Source: an uncultured bacterium (GTDB lineage Bacteria; Hydrogenedentota; Hydrogenedentia; Hydrogenedentales; JAEUWI01). From it: 48,884 bases of DNA. The notes beneath the pieces are model-generated. The model worked only from the letters and a program-made list of their open reading frames with translations. It ran no database searches and had not been told where the DNA came from. Below, piece by piece: positions 17,701 to 25,500 of this stretch. The stretch covers positions 1-48,884 of the forward strand of contig CAXBPH010000009.1 of NCBI GenBank assembly GCA_963977445.1, given 5' to 3'. The first letter of the stretch is position 1. Each line of letters opens with the position of its first letter. Made by a program: the position numbers and the translations under genes.

Positions 17701-19151
17701 TCCCCAGTGACTCCACCGTCTCCTTTGGTATCACGGATGCAACGTCCCGGATCCAGTCTTCCAGCAGCTACGTCCTGGACCACCAGATAGTACTGACTGG
17801 GCTGCAGCCAGGCACCGGCTATCGGTTTAGCTGTCGTTCGACTACGCTGGATGGAAGCACCGTGACAGCCACGACCGTGGCAGAGCCGGGCCTGGATAGT
17901 GATACTATTCTTTACTTCACGACAAGCGCGACACCGGATGTTGTCGCGCCTCAGATAACGACCGGTCCGGAGGTGCTTGGCATCACAGACGAAGGCTTTA
18001 CCGTGCGCTGGACGACGGATGAACCCGCCGACAGTTATGTGCGCTATGGTCTGGAAGCGGGCATTGTGCGTCTGGATTTCCAGGACAACCGGTACACCAC
18101 CAATCATCTGGTTACCATTCGTGGGCTGGCACCTGAATCGGACTATCAGTTGATCGTGAACACGGCCGACCCCTCGGGCAATGGTCCCGCGTCGTCGGCA
18201 CCCATCAGCCTCACTACCGTCGCCTCATTGGACAGTACGGGACCGCAGTTCCGGGCCGAACCAACGGCGTCGTCCGTTCTCAGTACTTCGGCGGTGATTC
18301 GCTGGTCTACCAATGAAATATCGAGCGGCCAGCTGACCCTTATCGTCGCGCCCAACGAAACACACTCGATTCGCTCGGTTGCCCTGCCTGCTACGGCCCA
18401 GTCGCTGGTGCTGGGTAACTTACTGCCGAACACGACCTATGGATTTGTCGTGCGCGCCATCGACCAAAATCAAAATGAGACCGTCAGCACGACCGGGCAA
18501 TTTACGACCGCTGTTGCGAGACTGACGGTATCACCCACCCGACTGTTTCTGACCGCAGGCGATACCCGCAGGCTTACGGTGACCAGCGAAGATCCCAACG
18601 AAAACAGCTTCCAGTTTGTGTCCGAGAACAGCGCGATTGCCTCCGTCAGCACCACGGGATTGGTTACGGCGGAAGCGCCAGGATCAACCCGGATACTTGT
18701 GGCGGATACGGCGGGTGTTCGGGTAGTCACCGTGCCCGTCTCGGTCAGTGCGAGCAATGTGTCCGAAGACCTCAGCGGCTTCTTTACGCTGCTGGGAATC
18801 TTTCTGCTTCAAAACGGCGAGAGTGGCACGATTGGCCCCTGTTTCATCGCCACCGCGGCGGCAGGCACCCCACTCGCTCCCGAAATCGACGTGTTACGCC
18901 GTTTCAGAGACGACTATCTGCTCAGCAATGGTTTTGGAACCATGTTTGTGGATACCTACTATACGTTGAGCCCGCCCCTGGCCGATTGGATAGCCCTCCA
19001 TCCGGCCGCGGCACTTGTCGTGCGGATTCTGCTGATCCCCGTCTTGCTACTGATAGGTGTCTGGATGCAGTCTCCCTTACTTACGATGGTCCTGATACTG
19101 CTTTCAGGGTGGTCGTTGCGACGGGTGGGCCAGCGTCTGCGACGCACCTGA
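14766..19151 (+). CDS. Large cell-surface protein: signal peptide, cadherin/Ig-like domains, 10 EF-hand loops, 6 FN3-like repeats, Big_2-like domain, CFI-box-CTERM anchor
   Basis: Repeated DxxxDGxLSxxE loops, six ..TDTSAxVxW..T repeats, and C-terminal GPCFIATAAAGTPLAPEIDVLRRFRD...YYTLSPPLADWIA plus TM and basic tail. The GTG 14766 start is approximate. Confidence 0.85.
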   Translation: MKNRRILVRPFHAVMLLIALCIEAIVSSPAAVAQGAPKQANAPVITEGDVVAVSMSEDGAPTAFSLTLNATDADMDALTWSIASPASNGTATAASANTTATIGYAPTNNFNGSDSFGVQVDDGNGGTDLIIVNVTVTPESDPPAITPIGAQVVGENEVLLFVVSAPDPDGETAVLSVSSLPDGASFDSATGAFSWTPDFDAAGVYEGIVFTAVDGGDDTVMVTETIRITVNDTNRAPLLNAVSNREVREERTLTLTLSGSDPDGNALTFFMEMLPENATFNTASATLSFTPALGAAGDYAVLAGVRDNGAPSASATQAFVITVTERDLGAELEEIAETLLDGIGTGDTDGNGFFDFTEAEALVSGLLQSRFDGLDTNNDGFLSRNELLNAALRSDEALESVAQTLLSGFAGGDADKDGMLSETEAIAVTSALTSQQFAAIDADDDGFLTEVEISTVATARARRLEESAERLLLFFGAADLDDSGTLNRAEIEAAIPDLFLGDFESLDLNLNDQVSEAELNTTALTGDSALESAAELIMEFFYDADTNMDGRVSREEAVRGISTLTLRDFMELDLDSDGLLSREEVSVVAATGDRDLELAAEALLAAFATADTNNNNALSRDEALTVVPELTLAQFNELDSNGNGSLSEAEVATAAGLNDPVPMTPVIVEGVVVGGTTETSALVYWKTQVDSVATVRFGTSADALSQSAASSTASGIHEVTLDGLTASTTYFLRVDSVNPGDIALASTSRIYSFTTRSTPDTSEPVFVAPPVVAALSDTSVLLSWGTNEFAFGEVLLSDATGNRTYEPPMASREQSVVIENLTPATDYALLLSAVDTSGNRATVMLDLRTLATPYLAPARIVDGVLVTHVSDTSISLRWATDIPASTEVAFSEDDTLSLVQTLPGLRRDHYITVVGLTAETAYRIEARSTDMLGNGVARGGAQTVTTFAVTPADPLFITAAPRIIATTDTSAIVYWKTSIPSDSTVSFGITDATSRIQSSSSYVLDHQIVLTGLQPGTGYRFSCRSTTLDGSTVTATTVAEPGLDSDTILYFTTSATPDVVAPQITTGPEVLGITDEGFTVRWTTDEPADSYVRYGLEAGIVRLDFQDNRYTTNHLVTIRGLAPESDYQLIVNTADPSGNGPASSAPISLTTVASLDSTGPQFRAEPTASSVLSTSAVIRWSTNEISSGQLTLIVAPNETHSIRSVALPATAQSLVLGNLLPNTTYGFVVRAIDQNQNETVSTTGQFTTAVARLTVSPTRLFLTAGDTRRLTVTSEDPNENSFQFVSENSAIASVSTTGLVTAEAPGSTRILVADTAGVRVVTVPVSVSASNVSEDLSGFFTLLGIFLLQNGESGTIGPCFIATAAAGTPLAPEIDVLRRFRDDYLLSNGFGTMFVDTYYTLSPPLADWIALHPAAALVVRILLIPVLLLIGVWMQSPLLTMVLILLSGWSLRRVGQRLRRT

Positions 19152-19309
19152 GGCGGGTATAAAAATTCGAATTACGCAGCGCCAGTGCCCTTGTGGTACT
19201 GGCGCTTTCCTTTATCGGCTCTCCGCAGGGTGCTATAGTATCGCTCAATCCCTGCCCAGGTTTCGGGAATGGTCGGGAATCGTTTGCCTTTGGAGGAGTA
19301 GCACGGTTG

Positions 19310-19732
19310 ATGGAAGAGCGCGGTCGCATTCTGGCCCTCGACGTGGGTGATGCACGGACGGGTGTCGCCGTCACCGATCTGAGTCAGACGATCGTTTCGC
19401 CCCATGCAGTCGTCGCCGAAGGGTCCCGCGAAAAGGCCTTGGTCGCGCTGTGCACCATTATCGCCAAGGCGGAGCCCGTGCTCGTCGTTGCGGGGCTGCC
19501 ACTCCTGGAAAATGGGGACGAAGGGCCGCAGGCGAAAAAAGTACGCACTTTTGTGTCTATGCTGGCGGAGCGGATTGATGTGCCCATCGTCTTTGAAGAC
19601 GAGCGGTATTCCACGGTTGCAGCCGATGAAGTATTTCGGGCGGCGGGGGCGAAAGGTCGAAAACGCAAAGGGGTGATTGATAAAATCGCCGCAGCCCATA
19701 TTTTACAGAGCTATTTAGAACGGGTCGAGTAA
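19310..19732 (+). CDS. ruvX: YqgF/RuvX family pre-16S rRNA nuclease
   Basis: ILALDVGDARTGVAVTD, VAGLP, DERYST and IDKIAAAHILQSYL. GGAGG RBS. Confidence 0.95.
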   Translation: MEERGRILALDVGDARTGVAVTDLSQTIVSPHAVVAEGSREKALVALCTIIAKAEPVLVVAGLPLLENGDEGPQAKKVRTFVSMLAERIDVPIVFEDERYSTVAADEVFRAAGAKGRKRKGVIDKIAAAHILQSYLERVE

Positions 19733-19780
19733 ATCGAAGTTGCCGTGACACGTAGTCGCGCAATACATGCTGGTATGTCC

Positions 19781-20881
19781 ATGTCAAGTGAAGAGCAAAT
19801 ACAGGAAGCCCACCAGGAAGAACGACGCCGATTTCGATTTTGGCGATGGATGTTCTCTCTGTTCATGTATACCCTCGCGTTCAGCATCGTCTGTGTTGCC
19901 GCTGCGGCGGGCGTGGGCTATGTGCTCTATGACCACGTGACCGGAGAGGGGACGATGGGGCCTGTCGTGCCCATTGCCGTTCCCAAAGGGGCGACGGGAC
20001 GTGATATCGGCAACCTGCTCGTCGGTGCCGAATTGATTGAATACGAAGGCTTCTTTCGTCTCGCCCAACAACTCGACAAGTCCGGTGGCCTCATTCAGCA
20101 TGGCTACTATGAGCTCAACCAGGGACTGTCCGCCTCGGGCCTGCTAAAGCAATTACAGTCAGGGCCAACCCGGGGCCTTGAAGTGGATCGGGTCAAAGTT
20201 ACGATTCCCGAGGGCCTGGCCATCGCGCAGGTCGCCGAGATGCGCCCCGATGGGGAGGCCTATCGCGGGGGGGCGAGCAATGTGGAGCTCATCGCGCGCC
20301 TTGGACTCACGGTGGATACGCTGGAAGGCTATCTGATGCCGGACACCTATTTTTTTGACGAGGAGCCGCCCGCGCCAGAGCTCATAGAACGACAGGTGGC
20401 CCATTTTGAGACGACCTATGCCGCGTTGATCAAGGAAATTCCCGGCAGCGACGCGTTTGATATGAATTCCATCGTAACCATCGCTTCGCTGGTGGAAGAA
20501 GAGGCGCGGGTGGAGTCGGAGCGTCCACTCATTGCTGCGGTCATGTATAACCGTCTTGAGAAGGGTATGCCCCTCCAGATGGACTCGACCCTTCAATTTG
20601 CGTTGGGTAAATATGGTCAGCGCATGCTGAATGCGGACAAAGAAGTCGACTCGCCCTACAACACCTATCGCTATGCAGGTTTGCCTCCCGGTCCCATTTC
20701 CAGCCCGGGCGCGGCCAGTCTCCGCGCCGCCTTGGCTCCCGCCCAGGTGGACTACCTGTATTTCGTTTCTAATGCCGATGGAAATACCCATACTTTCAGC
20801 ACGACCATGGCGGAACATGAACGGGCCGTCGCCCGCTATCGCCGTGAGATCGCCGAGCAACGCCGGGCACTGGGTCAATAG
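19781..20881 (+). CDS. mltG: Endolytic peptidoglycan transglycosylase MltG
   Basis: N-terminal TM, VTIPEG, LEGYLMPDTY, ASLVEEEA, LQMDST, SPYNTY..GLPPGPI and YLYFV. Confidence 0.95.
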   Translation: MSSEEQIQEAHQEERRRFRFWRWMFSLFMYTLAFSIVCVAAAAGVGYVLYDHVTGEGTMGPVVPIAVPKGATGRDIGNLLVGAELIEYEGFFRLAQQLDKSGGLIQHGYYELNQGLSASGLLKQLQSGPTRGLEVDRVKVTIPEGLAIAQVAEMRPDGEAYRGGASNVELIARLGLTVDTLEGYLMPDTYFFDEEPPAPELIERQVAHFETTYAALIKEIPGSDAFDMNSIVTIASLVEEEARVESERPLIAAVMYNRLEKGMPLQMDSTLQFALGKYGQRMLNADKEVDSPYNTYRYAGLPPGPISSPGAASLRAALAPAQVDYLYFVSNADGNTHTFSTTMAEHERAVARYRREIAEQRRALGQ

Positions 20882-21062
20882 GCTCCTCCTGGAAATCGTT
20901 TGGGAAAGCTTCGGTACCCCATTGCCGGGTACTATGTGACGGGGATTGATGCGGCCCGCTTGAGCGCTGTAGTGGGTGTATTTCTTGACTCATCTACAAC
21001 GGGTTCTACGGAGCCAAAGTCCGTTGCCAGTTTCGAAGGACACGGGGCAGTTCGAACTTGGT

Positions 21063-21113
21063 AGTACGCGCGGGTTGAGTACGCGCGGGTTGAGTACGCG
21101 CGGGTTGAGTACG
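21063..21113. repeat. Short tandem repeat (AGTACGCGCGGGTTG)x3.4
   Basis: Three perfect 15-bp units plus a partial fourth, lying between convergent genes. Confidence 0.9.
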
Positions 21114-21146
21114 TGTTCTTGCACGTGGCGGGCGTTGCACCTATAC

Positions 21147-21185
21147 AAAAACGGTGCGCCCGACCCAAGTGGGTCCGGCGCACCG
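21147..21185 (-). terminator. Intrinsic terminator for the minus-strand adhesin gene
   Basis: Hairpin CGGTGCGCC.GACCCA-AG-TGGGTC.GGCGCACCG with an A-run on the left (U-tail on the minus strand). Confidence 0.7.
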
Positions 21186-21220
21186 ATCAACGGTCTTCAT
21201 TGGCGTGGGCTAATGGGTAG

Positions 21221-22558
21221 TTATTCTCCCCGTCGACGGTAGAATAATCCCGACCCAAGCATCACAATCAGCGTCAATCCTGCGAGGAAGATATCGCTGC
21301 TGTAATCGGCCATGGCCTTTTGTGTTGCGGCGGGCATGGGACAACCCTCACCTTCACCCTCGCCCTCCCCTTCGCCCTCGCCTTCACCACCGGTGTTGGA
21401 AGAGCGCATGGCGATGGTTACGGATTTGAGTTCGCCCGCGGCTACGTTCAGGGTCATCCGCTGTTGTTCAAAGCCTAAGGCGTTGACCACAACATCATAT
21501 TGACCTTCCGAAATGGCCGGGAAGGCATAGATGCCCTCTGTATTGTCTGTAATGGATTTGAAGGCACTTACCTCCAGATTCAACGAGGCGGTGTTGATGC
21601 GTTTCTGGTTCGTGTCCTGCCAGACCGTGCAAAACACCGAGGCGGCGAGGATGGAGGAACTCTTCACCAGTATGGGCTCAATAATCGAAGGACCATCGAC
21701 CCGGGCGTCCGCCTCACCGATACTTTCCACACCCCAGTAGTTTGACTGCATTTCAATGGACTCATCACGTTCATTGATGACAGCATTCCCTTCGATGGTC
21801 TTCAGGAAATCATTCCAGCCTGTTTCTGGATTTGTTTCATCGCCCAACGATTTGGTGGTCGGGGTTTCATCAATCGCACGAATGATGATTGCGGCGCCGG
21901 GCCGGGGCGGTGTGCCGAATTCTGCGGGAATATCCCCGAAGCTGCAGCGGCGAACGGTTGGTATTCCTCCGCCGATATCGATACCGACCCCCAGTGACGT
22001 GAAGCGACACAGGTCGATGACGGAGTTACCGGCCCGCGCGCCATCGGCGAGTATACCGGTTACGTCCCGAGCTGTCGTGCCTATAAAGTCAACACGGATA
22101 ATCCGCATCGCCACATTGTTCATGTCGAGCATATAGGTTTCGTCGTCCGCGGGCATCAGGGTCATACGCCGGATGATGCCTCCCTGGACACCGGTTACCT
22201 GGCCCATCAAGATGACGCCTTCGCGACTTTGGCCTTCCAGAATGACGGCGCCGCGCAGCAGTACGTCTTCCACATAGGTGCCATTGAGAAGTACCACCCG
22301 GGCGGGGAAGGCGACGAGGGGTTGGGCCATCATCAGGGCGTGCGCGATGGAGGCAAAGGGACTCAGCACCGTGCCCAGACCAGTTACATCATTGCCCGTT
22401 GGAGAGACGAAGAGGGTGTGGTTGGGGCGGGTCGGGTCGCTGGGGTCACTATTTTCCAGGAACTCTTCCAGGTTGGTGAGACCATCCAGGTCGAGATCCT
22501 CCTCGGCATCATCGAAGAGGGGGGCCAGCCCAAATTGAACTTCGAAGCTATCGGCCAT
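21221..22558 (-). CDS. C-terminal part of a giant surface protein (acidic Ca-binding repeat, DUF1565-like/beta-helix region, carboxypeptidase-regulatory-like domain, GEGE linker, TM anchor)
   Basis: DLDLDGLTNLEEF, FVSPTGND..G.GT..SPFASI, GEGEGEGEGEGEG and a TM segment plus RRR. It has no signal peptide and overlaps the upstream ORF in another frame. Confidence 0.7.
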   Translation of the reverse strand: MADSFEVQFGLAPLFDDAEEDLDLDGLTNLEEFLENSDPSDPTRPNHTLFVSPTGNDVTGLGTVLSPFASIAHALMMAQPLVAFPARVVLLNGTYVEDVLLRGAVILEGQSREGVILMGQVTGVQGGIIRRMTLMPADDETYMLDMNNVAMRIIRVDFIGTTARDVTGILADGARAGNSVIDLCRFTSLGVGIDIGGGIPTVRRCSFGDIPAEFGTPPRPGAAIIIRAIDETPTTKSLGDETNPETGWNDFLKTIEGNAVINERDESIEMQSNYWGVESIGEADARVDGPSIIEPILVKSSSILAASVFCTVWQDTNQKRINTASLNLEVSAFKSITDNTEGIYAFPAISEGQYDVVVNALGFEQQRMTLNVAAGELKSVTIAMRSSNTGGEGEGEGEGEGEGEGCPMPAATQKAMADYSSDIFLAGLTLIVMLGSGLFYRRRGE

Positions 22559-25500
22559 CGGGTAGTTCACACAGGGCCAGGCATTCATCGATATTCACTT
22601 CGTCTTCCGGCATATAGGTGATGGTGAAAATGGCGTTTTCAGTATTGCCGTTTTCCGCCTGATCGAAAATGGCGTTCGTGCCAATTTCCACCCTGACCAC
22701 GCCCGGGGCGGCAGGCGTAATTACCGCGTCATACCGGGTGGCATTCACCTGGGTGTAACTGAACAAGGTCGCGTTTGTGAGCGTAACCTGAGCGGGAACC
22801 AGGTTGGTCACGGGTTCGCTTATCAGAATTGAAACACTGATGGGCGAATTCACCGTGGGACTCGATTCGTCCGAACTGAAGCCAATCGTTGGCGGTGTGC
22901 TGTCGATCGTAAGTTCGTCCGTCGTTGAATCTGTTCCCATGTTGTTGGCGAGCGTGGTGGCCGTTGCCATTACATCATAGACGCCATCCGCCAATGGGGC
23001 CGGAACCGTTGCGGTCCAACTGTTGCCACTGACCGTGGCAGTGACGGTCTGGCTGCCCACCGCAACCGACACCGTAAGCGAGGTTCCGTCTGACAACGTC
23101 CCACTCAATGTTGGTGTCGTATTGCTGGTAACCAGGGAATCAACCGTTATGGTGGGCGTGGAGAGGTCAACCACCAAGGCTCCGGGGAAGTTTTCCGTCG
23201 CCATGAGATTCAGGCTGTTGGTGGACGTAATGGTTACGTCGTAACTGCCCTGACTAAGTGCGCTCGTGACATCGGCACTCCAGCTACCACCGACTACCGT
23301 TGCGGTATAGTCCGCACCGACCACCGAAATCACTACCGACGTGACCGTGCTTTCGCTTGTCACGGTACCGGTGAGCGTCGGGGTGGTGTCGCTCGTCACG
23401 ATATTGTTGATGGTCGCCGAAGGTAAGCGGGTATCGATTACCAATTCATTCGTCGTGTCATCAAAGCCCTCATTGCCGGCACTATCCGTACCGGTTACAA
23501 CGACGTCGTAGGTGCCATCGGCTAGAGCGGTGCTCACATCGGCGGTCCAGGTGTTGCCCGTGACGACGGCGAGATAGGTTACGTTGTCGACCGTAATTGT
23601 TATGGTAACCAGACTCGCGTCGTTCGTCGTGCCGGTCAACGTGGGCGTTGCGTCACCCGTCGTTTTAGTATCAACGGTAACTACGGGGGCGGTGTTGTCC
23701 ACCGTTACGCTGGACGAGGGGCCCGCAGCGCCGGCCACATTTCCCAATCCATCATTTGCCGTGCCTGCGGCTATGCTGATGCCGAGGCTACCGTCGCCGG
23801 AAATGGTGCCAATCGTTACGGTAGGTGTTGTCGTGTTGCCGCCGAATACGGATAGGGTACCTGTGGCACTTTCGGTGGAATTCAGCGTTAGGTCACCTGC
23901 TGTCAGGTTGACGGTGCTGGCTCCACTGTAGATGAGGTCGAAGGTTACCGGTCCACCGGCCACGATTGGGACGGAGGGACTACCGATGAGAATGGTCGGC
24001 GCGGTGTTGTCTACCGTGACCACTGCACTGGGGCCTGCGCCGGGTGCCGAGTTGCCGACGCCGTCTATGGCCGTGTCGGCATCGATAGAAATCCCCAGGG
24101 TACCGTCGCCGGCAATTCCACTCACCGTAACAGTCGGTGTCGCTGTGGTACCGTTTATTACCGTAATGGTGCCCGTCGCGGTCCCGGTACTATTCAGCGT
24201 TACGTTCGTATCCATCAAGTCGATATCGCTTGCACCCGTGTAGGTCACGGGGAAGCTGACCGGTCCCGTGGTGGTGAGGGATGCTGACGGGGTGCCGATG
24301 GCAAGGGTGGGGGCGGTGTTGTCCACCACAAAGGTTATGCCTGGGCCAGCAGCCAGCGCATTGTTTCCGGCGTTATCGGAAGCCGTGGCGGCCGCAATGC
24401 TGAAGCCGATGGTGCCGTCTCCTGTTATGGCGCTGATGGTCACCGTCGGTGTGGCGGTGGTGCCGTCTACAACCGATACCGTACCAACGGCATTGCCGGT
24501 CTTGTTGAGTGTAATATCCCCGGGGAGCAGATTGATGGTGTCGGCTCCGCTATAGGTGACCAGGTAGCTGACGGGGCCGGTTCCGGTGCTTGATTTACTG
24601 GGCGAGCCGATAGTGAGGGTCGGTGCCGCGTTGTCTACCGTGAAGGTTATGCTTGGGCCTTCCGCACCGGCACTGTTGCCGGCAGCATCGACGGCGGTTC
24701 CAGCGGCGATGTTGATACCAATAGTCCCATCGCCACTGATGCCGCTGATGGTGATGGTGGGTGTGGCCGTCGTGCCGTTGGTGACGTTTACGGTTCCCGT
24801 CGCAGTGCCTGTGGTGTTGAGCGATACATCACCCGTGGTGAGGTTAATCGTGCTCGCACCGGAGTACACAGGAGAATAGGTGACCGGGCCGGTATTGGTC
24901 ACGGTTTGGGAGGGTGACCCAACGGTAATGGTCGGTGGGGTGTTGTCGACCGTGGCGGTTGCACTGGGGCCGTCGCCATTTGCGATATTACCCACATTGT
25001 CAAAAGCAGTCTCGGGGGTGATGGAAATTCCAACGGTGCCTTCGCCGGTAATGCTGCTGATCGTGACCGTCGGCGTGCTCGTCGTACCATTCGTAACGGA
25101 GATCGTGCCGCTGGCCGTGCCCGTGGTGTTCAGCGTAACATCGCCCGTCGTCAGGTTTACGGTGTTCGCCCCGGAATACATCACGGGAAAGTCTACCGGG
25201 CCACTTTGGGTAGCGGTCGGGGAGGGAGCACCGATCGACATGACCGGGCCGGTATTGTCGACGAGTACGGTCGTGCTTGGCCCGGCGCCCGCGGCACTGT
25301 TGCCGGCAGCATCCGCTGCCGTACCGGCACCAATGGTGATGCCCAAGGTGCCATCACCGCTGATACCCGAAAGACTTACCGTCGGGGTGCTGGTCGTGCC
25401 GTTTGCCACCGAAAGGGAAGCCGTTGCGGTGCCGGTGGTGTTCAGCGTGATATCACCGTTGGTGAGATTAATAGAGCTTGCGCCCGTGTAGGTGACCGTG

